64,000 nucleotides of DNA from an uncultured Nitrososphaerota archaeon (GTDB lineage Archaea; Thermoproteota; Nitrososphaeria; Conexivisphaerales; DTJL01), in the NCBI GenBank assembly GCA_963842885.1, contig CAWJIE010000004.1, positions 320,001 through 384,000 on the forward strand, given 5' to 3'. Shown here piece by piece: positions 1-9,127 of the stretch. Both the position numbers and the translations under genes were made by a program. Numbering within the stretch: the first letter of the stretch is position 1; each line of letters begins with the position of its first letter. Under the pieces are notes generated by a model. It did no database searches and had not been told where the DNA came from. It worked only from the letters and a program-made list of their open reading frames with translations.

Positions 1-894
1 AAGCTCTCTTAGGATTCTTATGTCGTTGTAGTCGCCGTAGCTACAAATCATGACTAAACCGGAGCCATACTCGGGTTTGGCGTAGGGGTGTGGAACGACC
101 TTCACGACCTTCCCGAAGATAGGGATTATCGCCTCCCTCCCCGCTAGATTTGTGTATCGCTCGTCCTCTGGATTGTAGATGATGATTTTGCAGGCGGCGA
201 GCAGCTCGGGCCTCGTCGTAGCTATTGTGATATCGCCGCCGTTGACTAGGGCGAATCTGATGAAGTTGAGATTGACTGAATATTCTTTGTATTCTACTTC
301 GGCGTCGGAGATGGTGGTGCGGCATACAGGACAGTAGTTTGCTGTCTTCTCTCCTTCGTAAATTAGCCCGTCTTTGAATAGTCTGATGAACGTCTCTTGA
401 GTGAGCCGTCGATACTCCGCATCGTCGGTTTCATAGACTGCGCCAATGCTATTCTTCTTCTCCCAACCGTTAATGCTGAGCCCCAGCTTCTTGAATGTCG
501 TAACGGAGACGCCTTCGTAGCGGTCTAGGAGCTCTTTAGCTCTCTGGATGAACTCTTCGCGGGGGGTGTTCCTGATGCTTATCTTGAACTCCTTCTCCGT
601 CTGTATTTCTATGGGTAAACCGTTTCTGTCGAGGCCCATCGGGAATAGCACGTTGTAGCCGGACATACGCTTGTACCTAGCTATGGCGTCCATGCAGGTG
701 TATGTGTATGCTTGACCGATGTGAACGGGTGTGTTGATGTAAGGAGGAGGTGTGTCTATACTGTAAACCGGTCTTTCTGATTGGGGATCGAAGCTATACA
801 ACTGTTCGTCAATCCATCTCTTGAACATCTGTTCCTCGAGTCCCCGGTTCCAGGTTTTCTCTTCAATCCTGGGCTTGAAAGACGAGGCTTCCAT
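1..894 (-). CDS. valS: Valyl-tRNA synthetase, N-terminal part (runs off the window edge)
   Basis: Manual translation from ATG 894: IDTPPPYINTPVHIGQAY (HIGH-like), GLDRNGLPIE, ATTRPELL, GSGLVMICSYGD. Confidence 0.93.
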   Translation of the reverse strand, partial: MEASSFKPRIEEKTWNRGLEEQMFKRWIDEQLYSFDPQSERPVYSIDTPPPYINTPVHIGQAYTYTCMDAIARYKRMSGYNVLFPMGLDRNGLPIEIQTEKEFKISIRNTPREEFIQRAKELLDRYEGVSVTTFKKLGLSINGWEKKNSIGAVYETDDAEYRRLTQETFIRLFKDGLIYEGEKTANYCPVCRTTISDAEVEYKEYSVNLNFIRFALVNGGDITIATTRPELLAACKIIIYNPEDERYTNLAGREAIIPIFGKVVKVVPHPYAKPEYGSGLVMICSYGDYNDIRILREL

Positions 895-949
895 TAATGT
901 GGCTAGCGTAATTTGATGAGTCTCTTAAGAGTTTAGTCGGTTGACTGAG

Positions 950-2197
950 CTACTTGGTTCTATATCTGAGCAGGGCGCCTATTCCGCCGAAGCTCTTGAA
1001 CATCTGTCCGTGTTCAGTCTTAGCGCTGACGACTTCGACGGAGGCGCCGATGGTAGACGCCTGATCAAAGAGAAAGTCAACTACGTCCTGTTGTGAGTAA
1101 TCCCACTCGTTAGCGTTGCACGAAGGACAGTTCTTACCCATGATTTCTGTCTTCTCGGAGAATATGTCGCTCTGTTTCACGAACCTTTCTATCGTCTGGT
1201 CGCATTTCCTGCATTTGAATTCTAGCCTGTAAAGATCCAGTTCTTCGGAAATGATGATGGTGCTGGCAGAGTTGTTCTTAAGGCTAAAGAGGACGTTGTC
1301 GAGGCCGTATACTGCCAAGCCATAGTCCTTCGATGCTTCACCTATGAATTTATTGATGATGTCCTTCTCTTGAACGAATCGAACGTCTTGGAGTAGTGAT
1401 CCCGCTTTCTCGACGGTTTCACGTATACCGGCTTCACCCGAATAAGAGATATCTACGAGGCCGATGACGCCGTTTTGTAGCCTATAGTCTAGGTATTCAC
1501 CTTTGTAGAATGAGTCTTTCGTGGGTCCTGGACCTCCCAGAATCATCTTCTTAACCGGAGTGACTTCGATGAATGCCTTATATGCGTGCACGGCGATGCG
1601 ATTGAAGAAATCATTGATTTCGTTGGCTCGGAGTCTCTCGAACCTGCGCGCTGACTGACCTCCTTGGCGGTGCTTACCAGCTACGCCTGATGTCATCTCT
1701 TCAATCACTGAAACTTTGTCTCCTACGAGGAGGCCGAGGGCGGCTTCGGCGGTGTCGATAGTTAGGATACCTATAGCCTCCTGTTCCCTAATCGTGTCTC
1801 TGAGGAGGTCAAGGTGAAAGTGGTCGTCGCATCTGTAAAGGTATACGCTGATTGGCTTCGGTGGTTCAATCTCGAAAAGCTGAATCACTTCCGTGTTAGG
1901 GCCACTGACCGGCAAAGCCCCACAGAAGATTACCAGACCGTTTGGTGGAGCGCTCTTGTATAGCTTGAGACGTTGTTGGACTCGGGTGAGTGCGTCTTGT
2001 ACGTGATTACGTGTCGTATCGCTCTTGATGTTGGATGCCGTTCCGTATTCGTCCCTGAGGTTGGCGATGACATCGTAGATGGGTCTCTTGGGTGGAACGT
2101 AAAGGGAAATGAGTTCCGTTCCCCGACCCTGTTTGCTGCCGAGCTCCGTTAGCAATTTCCTCACCCTGTACATTGCTACGGAGTCATATTCTGGCAA
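950..2197 (-). CDS. prf1: Peptide chain release factor aRF1
   Basis: GTELISLY, ASNIKS, YRCD, HRQGGQS (GGQ), FGGIGALLRY; Zn-ribbon insert CRKC...CPSC. Confidence 0.97.
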   Translation of the reverse strand: MPEYDSVAMYRVRKLLTELGSKQGRGTELISLYVPPKRPIYDVIANLRDEYGTASNIKSDTTRNHVQDALTRVQQRLKLYKSAPPNGLVIFCGALPVSGPNTEVIQLFEIEPPKPISVYLYRCDDHFHLDLLRDTIREQEAIGILTIDTAEAALGLLVGDKVSVIEEMTSGVAGKHRQGGQSARRFERLRANEINDFFNRIAVHAYKAFIEVTPVKKMILGGPGPTKDSFYKGEYLDYRLQNGVIGLVDISYSGEAGIRETVEKAGSLLQDVRFVQEKDIINKFIGEASKDYGLAVYGLDNVLFSLKNNSASTIIISEELDLYRLEFKCRKCDQTIERFVKQSDIFSEKTEIMGKNCPSCNANEWDYSQQDVVDFLFDQASTIGASVEVVSAKTEHGQMFKSFGGIGALLRYRTK

Positions 2198-2260
2198 TTG
2201 GTATCGCCATCCTTACCCTCAACTTTTTATTGAGGGGTTAGATGAACTTATGGGAAAGCC

Positions 2261-2938
2261 TTGAAAGGGACAGTAATTAAGATTAGTGGTTCTGTATTCC
2301 TTTGGGATGGCATCAGCAAGAATCTCCCTCCGTTGCTGAAGCTCTTCAAGAATCTTGCCAAGGCTGGAGAGAAGTTGGTTTTGGTGGCTGGCGGTGGCGA
2401 GACGGCGAGACGCTACATAACAATTGGAAGGAAGCTAGGCATCGATGAATCGATGCTAGATGATTTGGGGTTGAGAGCGGCTCGTCTCAATGCCGAGCTC
2501 TTGGTCGGCGGATTGGGGGACTTGGCGTTCCCTACTGTCCCTGAGAATATGGATCAAGCGGCTGAGGCTTTTGGTACCGGCAAGATAGTTGTTGTTGGTG
2601 GTTTTCATCCAGGGCATAGCACCAACGCTGTCGCAGCGTTGACCGCTGAAAGGATACATGCAAACCTGTTTGTAAACGCAACAGATGTAGACGGTGTTTA
2701 CACTGCCGATCCCAACAAAGATGGTAGCGCTAGAAAACTAAGTCATGTTTCAACGGCGCAATTAAGGAAGATGTTCGGAGATGGAGAAATGAGAGCCGGA
2801 ACGTATGAGCTGCTGGATCTCTTGGCTGTAAACATCATCGAACGATCGAAGATAAGGACTGTCATATTGAAGTGTGAGCCATCGGCCATTAGCAAAGCCA
2901 TAAGGGGAGAGCCGGTTGGCACGTTGGTCATAGTGTAA
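2261..2938 (+). CDS. pyrH: UMP kinase
   Basis: KISGS, VAGGGETAR, PGHSTNAVAA, TDVDGVYTADP. Confidence 0.93.
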   Translation: MKGTVIKISGSVFLWDGISKNLPPLLKLFKNLAKAGEKLVLVAGGGETARRYITIGRKLGIDESMLDDLGLRAARLNAELLVGGLGDLAFPTVPENMDQAAEAFGTGKIVVVGGFHPGHSTNAVAALTAERIHANLFVNATDVDGVYTADPNKDGSARKLSHVSTAQLRKMFGDGEMRAGTYELLDLLAVNIIERSKIRTVILKCEPSAISKAIRGEPVGTLVIV

Positions 2939-2942
2939 GAAC

Positions 2943-3161
2943 ATGAAGGATCTTTCGCAATTGCCGGCTCACGCCCATTGTAAGACCTGTGGTAAAGTTA
3001 TTCAGCCAGGTAGGAGTTACTGCTCAAGTGAATGTGAAACAATCGGCGTTAAGGAGGAGAGACACAAGAAGAGTGGCGACTTTGTTACACGGTTCGTCTT
3101 GGTGGCAATGTTCGGAATAGCCATTTTGTTTGTCTTTCTCCAGCTACTCTCTAAAGCTTAA
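2943..3161 (+). CDS. DUF2116-like Zn-ribbon membrane protein
   Basis: HAHCKTCGKVI...YCSSEC followed by a C-terminal TM helix. Confidence 0.75.
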   Translation: MKDLSQLPAHAHCKTCGKVIQPGRSYCSSECETIGVKEERHKKSGDFVTRFVLVAMFGIAILFVFLQLLSKA

Positions 3162-3204
3162 TGGAAGCAAACCATAAAATAACCACAAACCCGAGTTGTG
3201 GACT

Positions 3205-3334
3205 GCGGGGGTCCCCGAGCCAGGTCAAAGCTTCCCGAATTAGGTGACTACAGGGGGCAGACGCGAAGCTCGTAAAGCCCAAACTCAAGATCTGCTGGCG
3301 TAGGCCTTCGTGGGTTCGAATCCCACCCCCCGCA
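3205..3334 (+). tRNA. tRNA-Leu(CAA) with two non-canonical introns (3229-3251 in the D-loop; 3261-3282 at 30/31)
   Basis: Removing the two BHB-bounded segments gives anticodon arm GCAGA-CT-CAA-GA-TCTGC, a long variable arm, GTTCGAATC T-loop and acceptor GCGGGGG/CCCCCGC. Confidence 0.9.
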
Positions 3335-3335
3335 C
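3321..3335 (+). repeat. attL core (tRNA 3' end)
   Basis: TCCCACCCCCCGCAC, identical to 22013-22027. Confidence 0.85.
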
Positions 3336-3363
3336 TACAATTTGGGTGGGAATACTTTTAAGT

Positions 3364-4515
3364 ATGAACCTCGAACTCTCCCGCCGATTGAACGATCAAC
3401 TCAAAGGCCAGTCGATGGTCAACTTCCTGAAAGGCTTCAATAGCGAAGCCACAAAGGACTCCTACTACAAGAAGCTCAGGTACTTCCTCGCTTTCACTCA
3501 TATGGAGCCTGACGAGTTCCTTGAGAAGAGCAGGAACGACTCGAAGTTCGCCGAACACGCAATAATAGACTATGTGGAAGCAAGGAGGAGCCAGGTAAGC
3601 GGTTCAACCATACACCAAGTCAGAGATGCTTTGAAGCATTTCTATGAGATGAATGACCTTGATGACGCGGTAAACTGGGCAAAGATTAGCAAGCTTATGC
3701 CGCACGCTAGGAAGATAGGCAGTGATAGAGCGCCAACCTTGGAAGAAGTCAGAACCATAATCGACAACGCTGATCTGAGAACCAAATGCATCGTTCTGTT
3801 GTGTTGTAGCACTGGGATAAGGCTGGGAGCGATAGCATCCTTGACTTGGAGAGACATCGAACCACTCTTCAAGGACGGAGATCTCGTTGCGGCAAAACTC
3901 ATCGTCTACCGAGAAGATCCAGAAGAGTACTCGACGTTTATGACGCCTGAGTGCTATCATGCGTTAGCGGAATACAGGAAAAGGAGAGAGGCAATCGGTG
4001 AGCTGGTGACACCGACCTCACCTCTCATTAGAGATGTCTGGGATAATAACAAGTATAGAGCTAGCAGGAAACAAGATCCAAAGGTGGCCAAAGCCCTCAG
4101 TGCCAAAGCGATAGGAAATGAGATGGGAGATTTGCTGAGGAAGGTTGGCCTAAGGAAGGCGGGTGATAAGAAACACGAGTTCAAGCAGGTACACGGTTTT
4201 CGTAAATTCTTCAAGACCAACGCTGAAAGAGGCATGAAGACAATCGACGTCGAGAAGTTACTTGGTCATGCGGAGAACTATTACAAGCCCTCCACGCATT
4301 ACCTGCTGGACGAATACGTCAAGGTAGTTCCGCTTCTCACAATCTCAGAGGCAGTTGAATTGAAGAACAAGCTCGAAGAGAAGGTGGTCGTCAGCGACAG
4401 GAAGGTCGGCGCGCTCGAAAGGGAGAACCTTATACTACAAGGCAGACTGGCCAAGATTGAGAAGGATTACGAAGAAGTGAAGGAACTAATCGAGTCTCGG
4501 TTGCTGACACGGTGA
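3364..4515 (+). CDS. Tyrosine recombinase/integrase
   Basis: STGIRLGA (R), HGFRKFF (HxxR), LLGH, NYY (Tyr); C-terminal coiled coil. The ORF-track start at 3310 lies inside the tRNA. Confidence 0.92.
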   Translation: MNLELSRRLNDQLKGQSMVNFLKGFNSEATKDSYYKKLRYFLAFTHMEPDEFLEKSRNDSKFAEHAIIDYVEARRSQVSGSTIHQVRDALKHFYEMNDLDDAVNWAKISKLMPHARKIGSDRAPTLEEVRTIIDNADLRTKCIVLLCCSTGIRLGAIASLTWRDIEPLFKDGDLVAAKLIVYREDPEEYSTFMTPECYHALAEYRKRREAIGELVTPTSPLIRDVWDNNKYRASRKQDPKVAKALSAKAIGNEMGDLLRKVGLRKAGDKKHEFKQVHGFRKFFKTNAERGMKTIDVEKLLGHAENYYKPSTHYLLDEYVKVVPLLTISEAVELKNKLEEKVVVSDRKVGALERENLILQGRLAKIEKDYEEVKELIESRLLTR

Positions 4516-4566
4516 ACCCAGCGTTCCAAAGGCATTTATCGTCAAATAGCTAGAACGCCCTAACAG

Positions 4567-5061
4567 ATGCCGAGTTCAGAGCCCGTGCGCTCCAGCCGTC
4601 CTGACACATACGAGAAGGGCACGTTGCCCAACAAAACGCGGCTTCTCCTATACCTAGCCGTGAAGGGGAAGGTCAAGAAAGAGCAACCAAGTCTCCATGC
4701 CTTCTTAGCCAATGAGGTCGGATATAGCGTCAGCCAAGTCTATACCGACATCGAAGACCTTCAGAAGGACAAGCTCATTGCAGAGAAGAAGGAAGACGAC
4801 GGTTCTCACAGCTACTTGGTCACCAGGAAGGGTTACGACTCCATCCAGCACTTCTTTCGTTCGCCAATCCTTTACGGGGGGGAAGTCGCTCTAATGTCGA
4901 TCCTGCTTGTCTGGTTCGGGGTAGGATCGCTCTACGGCCAGATAAGCGGCTTGCCGCTCGCCGTGGGAATAGTGGCCGTCGCTGTCTTCAATGCGCTCTT
5001 TGGAATCAAGATGATGTGGACGCCCATTCGTCTTTCGAAAATTCGAAGATCCGTCTCATGA
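4567..5061 (+). CDS. Winged-helix protein with two C-terminal TM helices
   Basis: SVSQVYTDIEDLQKDKLI...YLVTRKG wHTH pattern, then two hydrophobic segments. Confidence 0.65.
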   Translation: MPSSEPVRSSRPDTYEKGTLPNKTRLLLYLAVKGKVKKEQPSLHAFLANEVGYSVSQVYTDIEDLQKDKLIAEKKEDDGSHSYLVTRKGYDSIQHFFRSPILYGGEVALMSILLVWFGVGSLYGQISGLPLAVGIVAVAVFNALFGIKMMWTPIRLSKIRRSVS

Positions 5062-5115
5062 CGAATTCTAGACCTTAACTCCAGACCATCGGTAGGTAGT
5101 CCTCGGCGATGGAAC

Positions 5116-5802
5116 TTGTTGGGCACTAACACCATCAAGAGAACGTTCAAGGCTCTTTGGCCCTCGCTTAGTGTGTTTGGCATCGTAGACGCCGTAGCCA
5201 TTCTTGCATACTACTTCCTGCCAGATCACTCAGCTGAACTCGCACTGTCTAACGACAATCCAATGGGAATTGTGACTCACATTTTCTCCCACGTGTCAAC
5301 GTTGCACGTTATTGGTAACGCAGCTATGCTGCTGGCCTTCCCCGTCATGCTGGCCATAGTAGGATACATGGGGGCACAGATGACGGACCAAGGCGAACAG
5401 TACCTCAGGTTCATCGGCAGGTGGACGGTTCCGCTATTCTTCGCTACTTCGATTACCTCTGGCATAGTTGCATTCGCAACCCTATCTGCTTCAGGCAGAG
5501 CCTTCACGTTCTCTGGGATGTCGGACGGTGTGTACGGCGTCGCGGCGGGGCTTGCCTACGCTGGTTTTGTAAAGACTTTCCCCCACGTCAGGCTGGGCCG
5601 ACCGCTTCCCACCCTCCTTCGAGGCATCACGGTTATTCTCTTGCTTTACGTCTTCTGGGCTATTGCGAACAGCGCGTTAGGTAACCTAGGACATATGCTC
5701 GGCGTGCTGTCGGCAATCGCCTTTGTGACCGCCATCGGCGTCGCGGACACCGTCACTCCCATGCTCCAAGCCACGCTGCAAGAAAGGAGGCTGGGCCGTT
5801 AA
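5116..5802 (+). CDS. Rhomboid-family intramembrane serine protease
   Basis: FSHVSTLHVIGN (HxxxxHxxxN), GMSDG (GxS), NLGHMLG (His); multiple TM helices. Confidence 0.78.
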   Translation: MLGTNTIKRTFKALWPSLSVFGIVDAVAILAYYFLPDHSAELALSNDNPMGIVTHIFSHVSTLHVIGNAAMLLAFPVMLAIVGYMGAQMTDQGEQYLRFIGRWTVPLFFATSITSGIVAFATLSASGRAFTFSGMSDGVYGVAAGLAYAGFVKTFPHVRLGRPLPTLLRGITVILLLYVFWAIANSALGNLGHMLGVLSAIAFVTAIGVADTVTPMLQATLQERRLGR

Positions 5803-5874
5803 GGTGTTCTTCGACATAGAAACGCACGGCACCAACCCATTAATCGTTCGGCGATTTGTGAGAGCGAGAGCTGA

Positions 5875-6333
5875 TTGACTGAATCCTCTTTCAAGACTAG
5901 TTGGATTACTTTCATTCCCGTAATAGGGTACCTCTGGCTGTTGAGAGATGAAACTAGGCAAGACCTTCGTGAGAACGCAGGCATCATTCTGTTCAATACG
6001 TCTGGTCTTTGGCTTCCCCCTATTGTCTTCGGTCTCATCTTTTGGCATATGCACTGGAGAGTCCTTGCAGGATTCCTCCTGCTACTCGACATATACATGG
6101 CCGTGGCCTTCCTGTTCATGATTCTTGTAGCAACCTACATCGAGACTAGAATGGTTGGTGGAGGAAAGTACCACAACAGCAGGTTGTTCAAAGCTTTGAG
6201 GTGGACAAGGGTGGAAGGTCTTTCACGGGCTGAAGTTCGCAGGCGGTTCCTAGTCTTCAATTATCACGAATTAGTGAATGCAATAGTCGGATTGGCAATA
6301 GCCACTTTCATAGTCTTGTTGTTCTTTGGGTAG
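5875..6333 (+). CDS. Hypothetical membrane protein
   Basis: 152-aa ORF with 3-4 hydrophobic segments. Confidence 0.5.
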   Translation: MTESSFKTSWITFIPVIGYLWLLRDETRQDLRENAGIILFNTSGLWLPPIVFGLIFWHMHWRVLAGFLLLLDIYMAVAFLFMILVATYIETRMVGGGKYHNSRLFKALRWTRVEGLSRAEVRRRFLVFNYHELVNAIVGLAIATFIVLLFFG

Positions 6334-6387
6334 ACCTCTCGCGCACTTTGCGAGTGACGGCTTAATGGTATCGCAGCGTATGAGCGA

Positions 6388-6834
6388 TTATCGACCGAGT
6401 AGCGTCTTGTCTAGGATCAGACTAAACTCCGCAAGGTATGAGAATAGCACCACAGAGTGCCCTTCCGTTTGGAGGCGTTTGGGTAGTCGGAACGAAATCA
6501 CGCATGAGCCTTCCGACTGTCTATGGGGAAGCAAGGGATTAGGGAAGACATCTATATGCTTGATCATCTGGCCATCGCATGACAGCTGAGTTATCAGCAG
6601 GCCTTCGTCGCTATCGTTCTGCACAAGCATGCTGATTCGCCCATTCTCTATCTCCCAGCCTACCATATGCAGCTTGATGTCGGCGTTGTAGGCTTTGACG
6701 GCTCCCTCGACAAAACTGCTCTTGGTGAACCCCCTTTTCGTTGCCTTCTCCAGAGTAAGGTTCGTCTTGGCATCTAGTGAGAGTTTCCGTTTGACATGCC
6801 CTCCATCTTCCTCAGGTCTGCCTGCTAGTGACAC
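6388..6834 (-). CDS. RHH/CopG-like N-terminus plus beta-rich domain
   Basis: KRKLSLDAKTNLTLE...TKSSFVEGAV resembles a ribbon-helix-helix domain. Confidence 0.5.
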   Translation of the reverse strand: MSLAGRPEEDGGHVKRKLSLDAKTNLTLEKATKRGFTKSSFVEGAVKAYNADIKLHMVGWEIENGRISMLVQNDSDEGLLITQLSCDGQMIKHIDVFPNPLLPHRQSEGSCVISFRLPKRLQTEGHSVVLFSYLAEFSLILDKTLLGR

Positions 6835-6927
6835 CGTCCCTACCCCAGATGTGGTACCCCTAAGGGTTTTATCTGTATAAATATAGTCCCCCTTTTTTTC
6901 TTAATAGGGCAGCTCTACCCATATAGT

Positions 6928-7080
6928 GTGAGCAAGCGGGCCCGCGCCAGAGTCAGCGACAAGGACCAGATTAGGGCCAAGCTTGTGAATCTAGAGAAAG
7001 AGCTTACAGCATTCAGGGAGCAATTTGAGGAATACCAGCGCAAGGTGCGCGAGGCACTCCTTGAAACGGAGGGAGCTTGA
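6928..7080 (+). CDS. Small coiled-coil protein (50 aa, not in ORF track)
   Basis: GTG start after an AT-rich divergent promoter; MSKRARARVSDKDQIRAKLVNLEKELTAFREQFEEYQRKVREALLETEGA. Confidence 0.45.
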   Translation: MSKRARARVSDKDQIRAKLVNLEKELTAFREQFEEYQRKVREALLETEGA

Positions 7081-7130
7081 GCATGGACCCGCGCCGTTGG
7101 TTGACCACCACAATGAGGGATTGAAGTAGG

Positions 7131-8258
7131 ATGAACCTAGACGACTTCATTTTTGGTCAGAATTGTCCACACCCTCAGGATACCCCATCAAGACCAGCGG
7201 GTGATGTCAGGTCCCGAATACTGAACAGCTGTCCGAAGTCCCGAAGACCTAACCCGACCCTGAGGGGTCGGGTTAACAAGGAGGGACTTTTGCCGCACCC
7301 ACTTGAACCCGTTAACAAACGGGTCTTCCACTTAACCCTTCAGGAACTGTCAGTCCGATGCTGCTATTGTGGAAGCTCCAATGTAACGAAGAAGGGGTCC
7401 AGAAAGAACAAAAAGACCTCACCGCAGCGCTACTTGTGCCATAGCTGCAAACGCAAGTTCACCGCTCGTAGCCTATTCGATACTCAAGTTGCCAAGGACG
7501 TCGACATAGGCTTGGACATGGCAGTCGCAGAACCGAGTCTAGCTGGTATTGCATCGAGATTACGGATAGACCTGGAGGTTGACTTGACGCGGTTCAAGCT
7601 CGCTGGGAATATTGCATCCGTTTCCCACTTACTGAACGTCTTTGAGGAAGATGATCGGGTACGCCCAATATGCGGAGAGCTGCAAGTGGACGAGATGTTT
7701 CAACGGTCGACTAATGGCTCTCATTTTTGGATTCTCAATGTCCTTGAGACGACAACCCGAAGGTGGCTTGTTTCGCTCGTTGCCGAGGAAAGGGATGAAG
7801 AAACCTGGCTCAAGGCTCTGAGGTTAGCAACGAGACGATGCCAGGGCTTCCAAGGGAAGACTGCAAAGTGCGATGGCTGGGGGCCTGCCAGCAAAGCAAT
7901 AGTGGCAGTCGGAATGGTTGCATTTGCAAGATCGAAGGCCGTGGATTACGGGCATATCAATCTTATTGAAAGGTTACATGGGTCTGCCCGAGGCTTGAGC
8001 TTCCCTCATAGGAAGTCGTTATCTTTCTCCTCGGCTACGCAAGACAGGGTCGATCTCTTGCGGCACCATTACAATTTGAGGGCTCATGATGGACTCCAAT
8101 CCAGGTCGCCATTCATGGTATCAACGGGCCTCAGGTGCCGAAAATTCTCAGAGCTGATACGCATAGCAGAGAGAGTGGTCTGGTCTAGGGCCGCCCGACA
8201 TTCAGGCAACAAGGAAGAGCGGCGTAGAGCACGGGAAAGTCTCGATCTCTACTTTTGA
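7131..8258 (+). CDS. DDE transposase/integrase-like protein with Zn ribbon (IS6-like)
   Basis: CYCGSSNVTKKG...QRYLCHSCKRKF; VDE, CDG and NLIERLHG form the D-D-E triad; start uncertain. Confidence 0.75.
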   Translation: MNLDDFIFGQNCPHPQDTPSRPAGDVRSRILNSCPKSRRPNPTLRGRVNKEGLLPHPLEPVNKRVFHLTLQELSVRCCYCGSSNVTKKGSRKNKKTSPQRYLCHSCKRKFTARSLFDTQVAKDVDIGLDMAVAEPSLAGIASRLRIDLEVDLTRFKLAGNIASVSHLLNVFEEDDRVRPICGELQVDEMFQRSTNGSHFWILNVLETTTRRWLVSLVAEERDEETWLKALRLATRRCQGFQGKTAKCDGWGPASKAIVAVGMVAFARSKAVDYGHINLIERLHGSARGLSFPHRKSLSFSSATQDRVDLLRHHYNLRAHDGLQSRSPFMVSTGLRCRKFSELIRIAERVVWSRAARHSGNKEERRRARESLDLYF

Positions 8259-8290
8259 CGTGAGCATTTTCGGGTCCCGACGTGCGAAAT

Positions 8291-8342
8291 CGGGACCTGT
8301 CGACGGGCTGGTGTGTTGTGACCGCTGGACTTCTGTCCGCCT
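8291..8342 (+). repeat. Possible degenerate copy of the island hairpin site
   Basis: GGACCTGTCGACGGGCTGG ... GTCCGCCT resembles the left and right arms; overlaps a GGTCCCGA/TCGGGACC stem. Confidence 0.35.
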
Positions 8343-8368
8343 TCGCAGGATTCCTCTTGAGGGTGCTG

Positions 8369-9127
8369 TCAAGAACTCGTCATCTCCGAGCGGTCCGTCT
8401 CCCTGTCAACTTTCGTCATCCATGAGTCATCGCCGACGGCCTTGCTGAGCCGTCGCAATAGGGTTTCGGCATCTTCTTCGTTTGCTATGTCGCAATCATG
8501 AGCGAATTCCTCTTTCAGTTCATCGATGCTGGGCTTGCGTCCTCTTTGTATTGAGGATTCAGGTTTCCGAACGACTGTAGTCAACCACTCAAGCTCACTC
8601 GGGGGTCTCTTGAATGGAATCCTTGACAAGTAGAACGGATAATCAACCTTAACGGGCATGACCTCGGGAAACGCACAATTGTAAATCAGGCGTGCGCCGT
8701 CACTCATTCGGCTTGACAACTTGGTCTTTAGTCTTGTATCAGTGGCGAGTCCGTAGAAGACAACGGTCGCTTCATTAAGATTCGCTTCTGGCAGCCTACC
8801 TCGAAACAAGTCATCCATGTCGCCAAGAACGGATTTGCCACATAGGGATATTGTCGGGTCAATCCTATCCCATTTTTTCAACCTCTCCATACAGACACTA
8901 TGACGTTCCTTGTCTTCTTCAATGCCCACAGCTTTTTTCACCTTGAATTCAGTCAAGGCAACAATTAGCGTCTGTCCCCAGCCTGAGCCAAGGTCGTAGA
9001 ATACATCTCGTTTGTCCAAGTCGGCTAAGCGAAACATGCGTCGGATATCTTGATTGGTGTAGATAATCGGTGGTCCTTTCGAGTCGTCATCCTCAAGGCT
9101 TACGTCATCAATCAGCTTCTTACTCAA
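8369..9127 (-). CDS. Class I SAM methyltransferase, DOT1-like
   Basis: MFRLADLDKRDVFYDLGSGWGQ...AVGIE...ATVVFY. Confidence 0.75.
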   Translation of the reverse strand: MSKKLIDDVSLEDDDSKGPPIIYTNQDIRRMFRLADLDKRDVFYDLGSGWGQTLIVALTEFKVKKAVGIEEDKERHSVCMERLKKWDRIDPTISLCGKSVLGDMDDLFRGRLPEANLNEATVVFYGLATDTRLKTKLSSRMSDGARLIYNCAFPEVMPVKVDYPFYLSRIPFKRPPSELEWLTTVVRKPESSIQRGRKPSIDELKEEFAHDCDIANEEDAETLLRRLSKAVGDDSWMTKVDRETDRSEMTSS

